This document shows positions 10,356 through 20,405 of a stretch of DNA of 64,000 nucleotides, in pieces. Made by a program: the position numbers and the translations under genes. Source of the DNA: Thermoanaerobaculia bacterium (GTDB taxonomy: Bacteria; Acidobacteriota; Thermoanaerobaculia; Multivoradales; JAHEKO01). The DNA lies in NCBI GenBank assembly GCA_041394745.1, contig JAWKHP010000014.1:21562-85561 (forward strand), in the 5' to 3' direction. Within the stretch, counting starts at the first letter, position 1. Each line of letters starts with the position of its first letter. Under the pieces are notes generated by a model. It had not been told where the DNA came from. It did no database searches and saw only the letters and a program-made list of their open reading frames with translations.

Positions 10356-11258
10356 TCAAGGGCTGCCGGGAGTATGACCACGATCGGGCTCGGCTGGCAA
10401 TGGCGCCGCGCGGGGCGCGGTCCAGGGCGGACGGGCCCGCCGGGCGGCCCAGGCGTAACCCGCGACTCCCAGCAGCACGAGGAGGACGCTCCACGACTGC
10501 ATGGTGGTCCAGCGCGAGCCGCCCGGAGCCCACCCGACGGCGTCCGCCCGCAGGGTCTCGGCCACGAGGCGCCAGAGCCCGTAGGCGACGCAGAAGAGCG
10601 CCACGATCTCTCCCGCGAACCGCCGTCGCGGGAAGCGGCGCCAGAGCCAGACGAAGACGACGGCGGCGACGGCGAGCTCGTAGAGCTGCACCGGGTGGAT
10701 CGGCAGCGAGCGGGCGCCGGCGGCGACCAGGCCCGCTGCCGCCTGCGTGCTCTGCGCCGGAGATCCCGGAGGATAGACGACCGCCCACGGCAGGGAGCTC
10801 GGCCGGCCGAAGCAGCAGCCGTTGAGGAAGCAGCCCATGCGCGTCGAGGCGAGCCCGAGGGCGCCCAGCGGCGCCACGAAGTCCATGGCGTCCGCCACCG
10901 GCACCCCACGCCGCCGCGCCCAAACGGCGAGCGCCGCCGTCGCTCCCAGCAACCCCCCGTAGTAGACGAGGCCGCCGTTCCACACCGTCGCGATGCGCAG
11001 CAGCGTGCCGCCGGCGGTGGCGCTCCGGTAGAGGTCGAAGCGCAGCACGACGTGCAGCAGGTGCGCCGCCACCACGCCCGAGGCGACCAGCAGCAGCCCG
11101 AGATCGAACACCTCGACCGGACGCAGCCCCAGCCGCCCCGCGTGCCGCCGCGACGCCACCACAGCGAGCAACATCCCGAGCACCAGGAACGTGCCGTACG
11201 CCGGCATCGCCACCACCCCACCCCCCGGCCACGGAACCCCGAACAGCACCGGCCGCAT
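10356..11258 (-). CDS. lgt: Prolipoprotein diacylglyceryl transferase.
   Basis: ORF 10356..11258. Polytopic, with WNGGLVYYGGLLG, GCFLNGCCFGRP and HPVQLYE motifs characteristic of Lgt. Confidence 0.9.
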   Translation of the reverse strand: MRPVLFGVPWPGGGVVAMPAYGTFLVLGMLLAVVASRRHAGRLGLRPVEVFDLGLLLVASGVVAAHLLHVVLRFDLYRSATAGGTLLRIATVWNGGLVYYGGLLGATAALAVWARRRGVPVADAMDFVAPLGALGLASTRMGCFLNGCCFGRPSSLPWAVVYPPGSPAQSTQAAAGLVAAGARSLPIHPVQLYELAVAAVVFVWLWRRFPRRRFAGEIVALFCVAYGLWRLVAETLRADAVGWAPGGSRWTTMQSWSVLLVLLGVAGYAWAARRARPPWTAPRAAPLPAEPDRGHTPGSP

Positions 11259-11409
11259 GGGGACAGGTTACGCGAAGGGGGAAAAATCCAACAGATTGGA
11301 CCCCGATCGACACTCCGCGTCACCTCGGGCGCCGCAAGAACGGTCCGGCCGCCCCACCAGGGGCACCCCGGCAGAACCCGCCCGGGTCGACTCCGTAGGG
11401 AGGAGGACC

Positions 11410-12294
11410 ATGCAACGACACGGCTTCCTGCTCCTCTCGTTCATCGTTCTCGGATCCGCGCCGGTGAGCGCGGAGACGCGTGTCCCCTTCGAGCTGGTCC
11501 ACGACCAGATCGTTCTCGAGGTCTCCCTGGGCGACTCCGGTCCCTTCGCCATGCTGCTCGACACCGGGGTCGACCCGTCGGTGGTGGACCTCGGCACCGC
11601 CCGAACGACGGGACGGCTCGAGAGCGACGAGCCGATCGGGTACGCCGGCGGTGTGGGGTCCGAGAAGGTGGCGCTCTTCGCGGCGCGCCTCGACGGGGTC
11701 CGGATCGGAGAGCTGGAGCCCGAGCCGTTCGACGCCGTGGCGATGGACCTGGAGCCGCTGGCTCGCAAGCTCGGCCGGCCCCTCCACGGAATCCTCGGCT
11801 ACTCCTTCCTGCGCGACCGGAGCCTCCGCATCGACTACCCTTCCCGCACCGTCACCTTCGATCCGCCGCCGAACGAGCCCGGTCCCCACGCCTACGCGGC
11901 CTCGCTGGAGCTCGTGCCCGACGACACCCTACCGCTGGTGCGGGAGCTCGCCGTCGACGGCACGCGCGTGCCGGTCTCGATCGACACCGGGTCGAGCTTG
12001 GTCCTGGAGCTCTACACCGACGGTGCCGCCCGGGCCGGCGTCGAGCCGACCGCGGATGAAGCCTCCACGATCACCGGCGCACGCGGAGAGGAAGAGGTGC
12101 GCCGCGGCCGCGTCGGCCGCCTGGAGCTCGGCCCCCTGCTGCTCGAGGACCAGGACGTGACTCTCTCCACCGGACCCCGGGCCGGGTCGCTGCGCCAGGG
12201 AAACCTCGGCAACGGCTTCCTGCGCCACTTCGCGCTGACCCTCGACTACCCGGGGCGGCGCCTCGTCATCGAGCCCTCCGGGCCGGCGCCGTAA
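11410..12294 (+). CDS. Secreted retropepsin-like aspartyl protease with two DTG lobes.
   Basis: ATG at 11410 is preceded by AGGAGG (11401-11406). Signal peptide MQRHGFLLLSFIVLGSAPVSA. Two catalytic-type motifs, LLDTGVD and SIDTGSS. Confidence 0.8.
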   Translation: MQRHGFLLLSFIVLGSAPVSAETRVPFELVHDQIVLEVSLGDSGPFAMLLDTGVDPSVVDLGTARTTGRLESDEPIGYAGGVGSEKVALFAARLDGVRIGELEPEPFDAVAMDLEPLARKLGRPLHGILGYSFLRDRSLRIDYPSRTVTFDPPPNEPGPHAYAASLELVPDDTLPLVRELAVDGTRVPVSIDTGSSLVLELYTDGAARAGVEPTADEASTITGARGEEEVRRGRVGRLELGPLLLEDQDVTLSTGPRAGSLRQGNLGNGFLRHFALTLDYPGRRLVIEPSGPAP

Positions 12295-12325
12295 GAACGG
12301 GCCCATCGGTGGTACCAATGAGGGT

Positions 12326-12826
12326 GTGACCGAGGCCGAGAAGGGAGCCCGATTCGCTCGGCTGGTGCGGGAGAACCGGCGCCGGCTGGCGGGAATCGCC
12401 GGCAGCTACGCCCGCGGGGAGGAGGTCGAGGACCTCACCCAGGAGATCCTGCTGCAGCTGTGGCGCAGCCTCGACTCGTTCGCCGGGCGTTCGAGCGAGG
12501 CGACCTGGCTCTACCGGGTGGCCCTGAACACGGCACTCGGTTGGCGCCGGCGGCGCTCCCGTCGGAGTCGGTTCGAGGTGGCGGTCGACGGCGGGGAGCT
12601 CGCCGCATCGTCACGCTCCGCCGCGACGGGGGGCGAGCGGGAGCTGACGATCCTGCGCCGCTTCCTGGCGAGCCTGTCGCCGGAGGATCGCGCCCTCTTC
12701 CTGCTCTACCTCGACGACCTGACCTACCGGGAGATGGCGGAGATCACCGGTCTCTCGGAGAGCCACGTCGGCGTCAAGCTGCACCGGATGAAGCAGGCCT
12801 TCGTCGAACGGAACATCGGGAGCTGA
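12326..12826 (+). CDS. ECF-type RNA polymerase sigma-70 family factor.
   Basis: ORF 12326..12826 with a GTG start. Region 2 (DLTQEILLQLW, WLYRVALN) and region 4 (LTYREMAEITGLSESHVGVKLHRMK). Confidence 0.9.
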   Translation: MTEAEKGARFARLVRENRRRLAGIAGSYARGEEVEDLTQEILLQLWRSLDSFAGRSSEATWLYRVALNTALGWRRRRSRRSRFEVAVDGGELAASSRSAATGGERELTILRRFLASLSPEDRALFLLYLDDLTYREMAEITGLSESHVGVKLHRMKQAFVERNIGS

Positions 12827-12830
12827 GCTC

Positions 12831-13499
12831 ATGGACATCGAACGGTTCCGCAGCGCCTGGCGCGATCAGCCCGTCCCGGCGCACCTGATCGAGGAGGACG
12901 ACGACATGATCGAGAGTCTCGAGCGACGGATGAAGCTCTTCCACCGCAAGATCGTCTTCCGCGACGCCGTGGAGACACTCGCCGCCCTCTTCGTCGTGGC
13001 CGTCTTCGCCTGGGTGTCGCGGCAGAGCGGCAGCGGGCTGGCCTGGGCCGGCACCGTCGTCGCGGCGGCCGCGGCAGCGGGCATCGCCATACGGCTCGGC
13101 CGCGCCCGTCGCGCCGAGGCGGGATCGGCGGCCCACGACCTGCGGAGCCGGCTGCACGGAGAGATCGACGCCGTGGAGCGCCAGATCCACCTGCTGCGCA
13201 CCGTGGCCCGGTGGTACGTGCTGCCCCTCATGCTCGGGGGCTTCCTCTGGAGCGTCGGGCTCATCCTGGCGGCCACCGAGGAGATCGGGATCCACTCGAC
13301 GCCGGCGGCGCTCGTCGCCGTCGCGGTGGTCGCCCTCTGGCTGAGCGCGGTGGGCTGGCTGGTCTGGCGCGTCAACCGCAAGGCCGCGCGCGACCACCTC
13401 GAGCCCCTGCGCAGCGGGTTGCTCGACAGCCTCCGCCGGCTCGAGGCCGGCGGCGACGATCAGTCGACGCGCAGCGCCGGGTCGCCGAGCAGCCCGTAG
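12831..13499 (+). CDS. Membrane protein, putative cognate anti-sigma factor.
   Basis: ORF 12831..13499 starts 5 nt after the sigma stop. It has several TM segments. The role is assigned by position only. Confidence 0.6.
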   Translation: MDIERFRSAWRDQPVPAHLIEEDDDMIESLERRMKLFHRKIVFRDAVETLAALFVVAVFAWVSRQSGSGLAWAGTVVAAAAAAGIAIRLGRARRAEAGSAAHDLRSRLHGEIDAVERQIHLLRTVARWYVLPLMLGGFLWSVGLILAATEEIGIHSTPAALVAVAVVALWLSAVGWLVWRVNRKAARDHLEPLRSGLLDSLRRLEAGGDDQSTRSAGSPSSP

Positions 13500-16400
13500 A
13501 CGCGCGCCAGCCGGCCGTCGCCTCCCGCCGCCGCGAAGCCCTCCAGCGCCGAGAGCCAAGCGTCGCCCAGCCGTTCGTTCTCGTCGAGAGCGTCGAAGAG
13601 CAGCCGGTTGAGCACGTGCGCCTGTCCCGAAGCCGAGACGCCGCTCGGCGCGAGGACGGCGACGCCGCCACCGCCAGGCTCGAGCACGAGCGCCTCGCCG
13701 AGCGACTCGAAGGCGGGCAGCTCGAAGCGGCCGATGACGCAGGTCCACGCCGAGACGATCGGCGGTGCGCCGACGGGGCCCAGCGCGGGAACGTCGGCCG
13801 CGGTCAGGAGGGGCTCCGCCGCCCACCGGTCGACGCCGCCGTGGCCGACCCAGTTGACCAGGAACGGGGACGCGGACCACGCGTCGAAGAGAGCCTCGCG
13901 CGCCTCGTCCACCGGAGAGCGGGCGAGGTCGATCGACTGCACATCGAGAGTCGCCGGCAGGTGGCCCGCCGCGGCCGTGCTCTGGGTCGGAAAGTCCCCG
14001 GCCCCGTCCGGATCGTCCGCCACGGCCAGGGCGAAGCCGCCCGGCCCCGCCCCCGCGCTCTCGAACGCCTGCAGCTTCGCGACGTAGGCATTCAGCTCCG
14101 CCGCGTCGCGGACCGGCAGGCGCCCGACGGCCACGCGGACCGGTCCCTCCTCCGGCTCGACGAGCAGGGAATCGGCCGCCGCCAGCCCGTGGGCGGTGCC
14201 GAGCAGGACCGGCGTGAGCCGGTTCTTCCCGTATCCGAGCAGGTCGCGCGGGTCGAGGCTGCCGGCACCGGCCAGCACGAGGTAGCGCGGCGCGACGCTC
14301 CAGCTCTCGCTCGCCCAGCGGACGAAGTCGCGGATCGCCCAGGGGTCCGGACGCCCGCCGCGGAACCGGTCGTAGATCTCTCGCACGTCGACGGCCAGGG
14401 CGGTCAGGCCCGTGCTCTCACGGTACGCCGCCAGCGCCTCGGCCGCGGGGAGCATGTCCGCCGTGGTGAGGACGACGTACTCGGCGCCCGGCGTCGTGTC
14501 GATGCGGGCCGCGCCGACCGGCTCGACCCGGGACGGAGCGAGCAGCGCGTCGCGCTCGACGACCACGTAGACGGTGCCCGGTGCGCGGGGGTTGAAGGTC
14601 AGGCGGTGCTCACCGGCCGCGGCGTCCACCGCCGCGTCGTGCATGAAGAGCGGGCGCGCCGGGTCGGTGACGTCGAAGGCCAGGACGTCGGAGGAGGCGA
14701 AGTGCTCCACCGTGATCTGCTCGCCGCCCTCCGCCGCCAGCTCGAGCGCACCGGCCTCGGCGCGGTAGGCGCGCGAGTAGTCGAGGGCGAAGCCGTCGAG
14801 GTAGAACATCGAGAGCCGTTCCGGCGCGTCGTCCAGAGCCTCGACGGTGACGGTCGTGGACGCGCCCAGCAGGCTCGCGTCGACCGGGAAAGTGGCCTCG
14901 TGGCGCTCGAGATCGGCCCACTCGGTCACTCCGACCTCGACGCCTCCGACCAGGACGCGCGCCGCGTGGTCCAGGTCGGCGGGGCCGACCACCGCGCCCG
15001 TCGCGCGGATCGTCAGCTGCGCGGTACCGCCGGGAACGACGTCGGGCGTGTCGAGCGCGAACGTGTGGCTGCCGAGCTCGGGATCCCCCGCCGCGAAGCC
15101 CTGCCAGTACCAGTGGTCGACGTCGGTCTCCCGCGTGGCGGCCGTCGCGGGGAAGACGTCCTCCTCGAAGTCGACGTGCGACGTGAAGTCGCCGCCGGGG
15201 CTCGGAGCGCCCGGCCGGCTCGTCCACCGGCCCATGGCGAGGCCGGGCGCGGCGAGGTCGATCTGCAGCACGTCCTGCGCCGTGTACAGGCTGTCGATCC
15301 CGGGCACGAAGACCAGCGCCTCCGATCCGTCGTCGGCGGCGAGGTACGGGACCTCCTCCCCGCCGCGCCGGATCGAGAGCTCGTAGGAGGCGAGGCGCTC
15401 TTCCATCGCGGCCGACGGGACCCCCGCGGCGGCGGCGAGCTCGGCGGCACCGAGCCGCACGACGCCGCGTCCCGCCACGCTCACGTCCAGCGCGTTCACC
15501 GAGGCCGGGGCACCGGCCCTCGCAGGATTCCGACCGGCGGACACGCCCGCTCCCGGTGCCGTGCGTGCCCGGCGGATCGGGAGGGCGGCGTCGACGGCTC
15601 CGGCCTCGGAACGGACGGTGAAGGGCCCGTGGATCCGGCGCTTGCCGGAGGACTCCACCTCGACCAACCGGTAGTCGATCGCCCCACGGCCCGGCGCCTG
15701 CGCGTCGAGCACGCGGTAGACGCCGCCCTGCGGCGCGTCGGCCAGCGCCGCCAACGGCCGCCCGACCGCCCGCCACTCTCCCCGCTCCCGCCGCTCCACC
15801 GAGAAGGCGACCGTCCCCGCCTCCGAGGTCGTCTCCCACTCGAGCAGCAGCCCCTCCGGCGTGCGCGAGCCCCGCATCCCGGAGACCAGGGCGACGGTGG
15901 GGGCGCAGGTCGAGAAGGTGAAGGAGCCGATGCGGGTGCCCCAGCGGCCCGGACGGTCCCCGTGTCCCTGCTGTACTCGCCGAGATACCAGAAAGTGGTC
16001 CCGTCCGGAGCGATGGTCATGCCCGTGTAGTCGCCCCAGCGGCGGGGGCTCGGATCGAACGCGAAGTATCGATCCACGCCCGCCTGCAGCGTGGTCTCGG
16101 TTCCCACGGTGCCCGGCGGATCGTGAACAGCCGGCCGTTGACGAAGGCTCCCGGAAGGTCGACGTGCTGCTGCGCGAGTACCCGATGGCCATGTCGCCGC
16201 AGTCGTTGACCGCCAGGCTGGGGAAGAACCGGTACTGACCCGAGCTGGCGAAGACGCCCGCCTGCACGACCGTGGCGCTCCGCCGCCCGACGGAGCCGGG
16301 TCGATCTCCGCCCAGCGGACGCAGTCGACGGTGCCGCCCCCGGGGTTGCACCGATGGTCTGGGCCGTCCAGAGGTGGCCGTTGCGGTACTCGGTCTGGTG

Positions 16401-17567
16401 GCCGCGCCAGTCGTTGGCCTGCATGAGCCCCGGCTGCGACTGCGGCACGTTGACCGGGAAGCTCGGCGCGACGCCGCTCGCCGCCTCGAGGTTCACCGTC
16501 CCCGTTGACGAAGACGTTCGCGCCGAAGGGGTCGCTCCACGACCACACCGTGTGGTGCGCCCCGTCGAAGACCTCCGTCATGAGGTAGTGCGGCTGCCGG
16601 GCGGCGGCCACGTGCCGGTCAGGTAGCCGTGCAGGTTCGCCGGCTGCGGCGTGCCGTCGCCCCGGCCGAGACGATCCGTCCGACGACCGTCGTAGCGCTG
16701 CCGGTCAGAGCGGTGCCTTCTCGATCGCCCAGGCGCGGGAATCGAAGAAGGCGTTGGTCGAGTTGCGAACATGTTGGCGCCGAAGAAGAGGGCCTCGTCG
16801 CCGACGCCCAGGTGAGGGAAGTCGAAGAACAGCGCGGCGCTGCCCGTGGTGACTGAGTAGATGGTCCAGGTCGCGGTCAACGGGTCGTTGATCGAGGGCA
16901 CGGCGAAGCAGTAGCGCAGTGCCGTTCGAGTCGATCCCGAGGACGAAGCGGCCCGTCTCCTCGTCGTAGACGGCGTTGGGATCGAAGAGGCCGGTGCAGT
17001 TGGGGTTCACGCCCATGAAGCTCGAGAAGGCAACGGGCCCGGTGAGCGACGTGCCGCTCTTGTCGTAGATCTCGAACGAGGTGTTGACGACGGCGATGAC
17101 GTGGTCGGGACCGGCGGCGAGCTCGGGGTCGGGCGGCACGCTGCCGGACAGATTGTCGGTGTAGTCGAGGCTGTCGAAGGAGACGCCGGGCGTCGGAGCG
17201 AGCAGACCCTCCGGCGAGAGGATCTGGATGTCCGGGTCGAAGGGCGCGCGCAGGGCGAGGCGCCGCAGCGTTCCGCTTCCTCCGGAGGGATCGGCATGCG
17301 GATGGCGATTCGGTCTCCGGCTCGATCGGCAGCTCCGCCCGGGCGAGCGCTTCACTCGGGCGATGACGTCCGCCAGTCGCACCTGGTAGCCCTTGCGATC
17401 CTGGAACTTCGGGGCTCCGCGCTCGGCCGCTCCGACGGAGGCGGCGCGTCCTGGAAGAGGGGCGCCGAAGCCCCGACGCCGCCGGCGTCGTGGTGAACCG
17501 GCACGCACGCCGTGAGGAGCGCCGCGAACGACGCGGACAAGACGACAGACGGGAACCTCGGGGCCAT
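13460..17567 (-). pseudogene. Giant lipoprotein: sialidase-like beta-propeller fused to a peptidase C25 (gingipain-like) domain, frameshifted in the N-terminal third.
   Basis: ATG at 17567 follows GAGGGAG and gives MAPRFPSVVLSASFAALLTAC (lipobox). N-terminal fragments are spread over ORFs 17352..17615, 16705..17508, 16578..16901, 16017..16496 and 15496..16611 (WGDYTGMTIAPDGTTFWYLGEY). ORF 13460..16351 carries the C25-like part, with NWVGHGG (His) and SAWTCVIGRF (Cys). Confidence 0.8.
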
Positions 17568-17657
17568 GGGAACGCTCCCTCGTTGTGAACGGTGGGAGCC
17601 GCTATTGTGGCGCATTCCCCCGGCGGGGGCCAGGGAGGCCGGGGCGCGGGCCGGCCC

Positions 17658-20081
17658 TCAGGCGCGCAGGACGCGGCTGGGGTCGGCGCGGGCGGCCCGC
17701 CACGCCGGGAGGGCCGTCGCCGCCACCGCGGTCAGCACGATCACCGCCACCGCGCTCAAGTAGGAGACCGGATCGAACGGCTCCACGCGGTAGAGGAACC
17801 CCTCGAGGAGGCGAACCACGCCGACGGCGGCGCCGAGGCCGACGAGGAGGCCCAGCGCGGTGAGCCTCAGCGAGCGCGACGACACCCACGCCACCACCCG
17901 GGCCCCGTCGGCGCCGAGCGCCATGCGGATGCCGATCTCGCGCAACCTCTGCACGACGAGCCACGAGAGCAGACCGAAGACGCCGAGCGCTGCGAGCAGC
18001 AGGGCGAGCGCGGCGAACGCCGTCACCAGGACGCCGACGACGCGGTTCGGTGCCGTCGCGCGATCGACGAGGGCCTCCATCGAGGTCACCGAGTAGACCG
18101 GAGCGTTCGCGGCGACCCCCGAAACGGCGTCGCGCAACGGCCGCGTCAGGGAGAGCGGCGGCACCTCGGTACGGGCCAGCACCGTCATGTCGATCCCGTA
18201 GCGCTGCCCCGTCTGGCGCAGCGGCAGGTAGACCTGGATGCGCGAGGGCTCGCCCACCGAGTAGTGGTGGACGTTGGCGGCCACGCCGACGATCGTGCGA
18301 TAGACGGCCTCGCCGTCCTCACCGCTCTCGTCCACCGTGACGCGACGACCGAGCGGATTCTCACCGGGCCAGAACAGCTCGGCCATCGTCTCGTCGATCA
18401 CCGCCACCGGGAGGGAGCCGTCCCGGTCGGTCGGCTCGAAGCCGCGGCCGCGCACGATCGGCACGCCCAGGGTCTCGAAGTAGGACTCCGAGACGATGCC
18501 GAAGAGCACCGAGCGCGCCGTGTCCTCGTCGGTGGGGTCCTCCCCCTCCGGGTGGATCCGCATCTCCCAGGAGCGCTGCGCGAGCGGCACGAGCAGGGAG
18601 ATCGCCGCCGACCGCACTCCCGGGATGGCCGCCACCCGCTCCTCCACTCGCCCGTAGAAGTCGCGCCAGCTCTCGGCGTCGCCCGCGTACTCGTCGGGCA
18701 CCTGGGTCCGGGCCGTGAGCACGCGATCCGGGTCGAACCCCAGGTCCACCCGGCCCAGCCGGCGCAGGCTGTCGACGAGCAGGGTCGCACCCACGAGGAG
18801 CACGACGGCGATGGCGATCTGGACGACGACGAGGCCGGAGCGCAACCGCGAGTGCCCGCCGACGGCGCGCGAGCCGTCGCGCAGGCGCCCGGCGAGCGCC
18901 GTGCGCTCCGCGGCGAGTGCCGGAACGAGGCCGGCGATCAGGCCGGCGACGAGCGTCAAGGCCAGCGTGAAGAGGGCGGCGCGCCAATCCAGCTCCGCGC
19001 GCCGGGCGATCCAGTCCGGGAGCCCGCGCGCCAGCAGCGGCAGGACCGAGCGCCCGAGCAGGGCGGCGAGGGCGAGACCGGCCGCTCCACCGGCCAGTGA
19101 GAGGACGACGCCCTCGCCCAGCGCCGGAGCGGCGAGGCGCCAGCGGCCGGCTCCCAACGCTCGGCGCAGCGCCAGGTCCGCGGCCCGCGCCTCGTTGCGC
19201 ACCAGGAACAGGTTGGTGACGTTGGCGACCGCGATCGCCAGCACGCTGGCGACGGCACCGAAGAGCAGCCACAGGCGCAGCCGGCTGCTGCCGAGGAAGT
19301 AGTCCTCCAGCGTGCGCAGCTCCGGCGCGTCGACCGGTCCGCCTTCGACCTCCTCGATCTCCCGGTGGACGCGCTCCAGGTCGGCCCGGGCGCGCGCCAG
19401 ATCGACGCCGGGGGCGAGCCGGGCGACGGCCCGCGTGCCGAAGGAGCTGGTCCGCTCGTTCCACGGCAAGCCGTCGAGCGAGCCCATCGGGAAGTAGAAC
19501 GGCGTCTCGGGGGCCGGGTACCCGACGCCGGGAGCGAGGACGCCCACGACGACGTAGGGCCGGCCGTCGAGCTGGAGGGTCCGGCCGAGGATCTCCGGAT
19601 CGGAGTGGAAGCGGTCGCGCCACAGGTCGTGCCCGAGCACCGCGACGGCGTCGGCTCCCGGCTCGGCCTCGGCGCCGGAGAACACGCGCCCCACCGCCGG
19701 CCGCAGACCCAACACCCCGAAGAAGTCCCCGAGAACCGCCTCACCCTCGAGGACCTCGGCGTCCCCCTCGCCCGTGAGCGTCATGTTCCACCCCGCCGAG
19801 GCACCCCACCGATCGAAGGCCCGGCTGCGGTCGCGCCAGTCGCGGTAGTTCGGGATCGAGGTCGAGATGTAGTAGCCCTTGGTGGAGAGCACGTCCACCG
19901 TGACCAGACGATCCGCCTCGGCGAACGGCAGCGGCTCGAGGAGCGCGCCCTCGACCAGGCTGAACATCGTCGCGTTGCCGGCGATGGCCACCGCCAGGAT
20001 CGAGACCACCACGAGACTGAAGCCGGGATGGCGGCCGAGGGTGCGGCCGACGAATCGCAGAATGGGGGACACGAAGCGCAT
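17658..20081 (-). CDS. ADOP-family duplicated MacB-like ABC permease (FtsX/MacB_PCD x2), with no adjacent ATPase.
   Basis: 3' 808 codons of ORF 17658..20495, starting MRFVSPILRFVGRTL (ATG at 20081). It is two MacB-like halves, each with a periplasmic domain and an FtsX-type TM bundle. It is intact. Confidence 0.9.
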   Translation of the reverse strand: MRFVSPILRFVGRTLGRHPGFSLVVVSILAVAIAGNATMFSLVEGALLEPLPFAEADRLVTVDVLSTKGYYISTSIPNYRDWRDRSRAFDRWGASAGWNMTLTGEGDAEVLEGEAVLGDFFGVLGLRPAVGRVFSGAEAEPGADAVAVLGHDLWRDRFHSDPEILGRTLQLDGRPYVVVGVLAPGVGYPAPETPFYFPMGSLDGLPWNERTSSFGTRAVARLAPGVDLARARADLERVHREIEEVEGGPVDAPELRTLEDYFLGSSRLRLWLLFGAVASVLAIAVANVTNLFLVRNEARAADLALRRALGAGRWRLAAPALGEGVVLSLAGGAAGLALAALLGRSVLPLLARGLPDWIARRAELDWRAALFTLALTLVAGLIAGLVPALAAERTALAGRLRDGSRAVGGHSRLRSGLVVVQIAIAVVLLVGATLLVDSLRRLGRVDLGFDPDRVLTARTQVPDEYAGDAESWRDFYGRVEERVAAIPGVRSAAISLLVPLAQRSWEMRIHPEGEDPTDEDTARSVLFGIVSESYFETLGVPIVRGRGFEPTDRDGSLPVAVIDETMAELFWPGENPLGRRVTVDESGEDGEAVYRTIVGVAANVHHYSVGEPSRIQVYLPLRQTGQRYGIDMTVLARTEVPPLSLTRPLRDAVSGVAANAPVYSVTSMEALVDRATAPNRVVGVLVTAFAALALLLAALGVFGLLSWLVVQRLREIGIRMALGADGARVVAWVSSRSLRLTALGLLVGLGAAVGVVRLLEGFLYRVEPFDPVSYLSAVAVIVLTAVAATALPAWRAARADPSRVLRA

Positions 20082-20176
20082 GGCACCTCCGGAGGACGAG
20101 GGGTGGAGACTCCGTGGAAGAGGGCTTGCAAGGCGAGCGCCAAGGTACCGGTTGGCCGCCCCGACGGCGCGCGTCG

Positions 20177-20218
20177 TCCGCACCGGGCCGCTCCCCTGTC
20201 CGCTTCCGCACCGGGCCG
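20177..20218. repeat. 14-nt perfect direct repeat (tccgcaccgggccg x2) in a divergent intergenic region.
   Basis: Copies at 20177-20190 and 20205-20218. TTTTCCACA also occurs twice, at 20263-20271 and 20318-20326. Confidence 0.5.
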
Positions 20219-20405
20219 TCCCGGGGGCGGACAGGCAGGGCCTCCTCCCGCCCCTCCACAGGTTTTCCACAACGTCTCCCTGACTGATCCGCAGCTCGAC
20301 CCCCGTCAACCCTCCCCTTTTCCACAGCTTTTCCGCGGAGCCTCTCGGCCGGGCGATGCCGTCCGGTGCTTGGTAGAGTCGCGGTGGCCCCGAAAGGAAA
20401 GAGCT

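Noticed and set aside
9533-11323. The N-terminal 600 aa of the 1118-aa ORF 7967..11323 (and similarly of ORF 9529..11313).
   Set aside because: These stretches run out of frame across the lipoprotein and lgt genes. The real genes start at internal GTG codons followed by signal peptides (9532 and 10326).
13211-16030. A 939-aa plus-strand ORF.
   Set aside because: It is antisense to the C25 peptidase gene, is Arg/Gly/Asp-rich low-complexity sequence, and has no recognisable domain.
19365-20405. Long N-terminal extensions of track ORFs: 19365..22550 here, and likewise 55864..57225, 35648..36058, 61195..61572 and 2546..4246 upstream of 3568.
   Set aside because: The extensions are antisense to, or overlap, well-supported neighbouring genes and lack motifs. 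Internal starts with a ribosome-binding site and/or signal peptide fit better.
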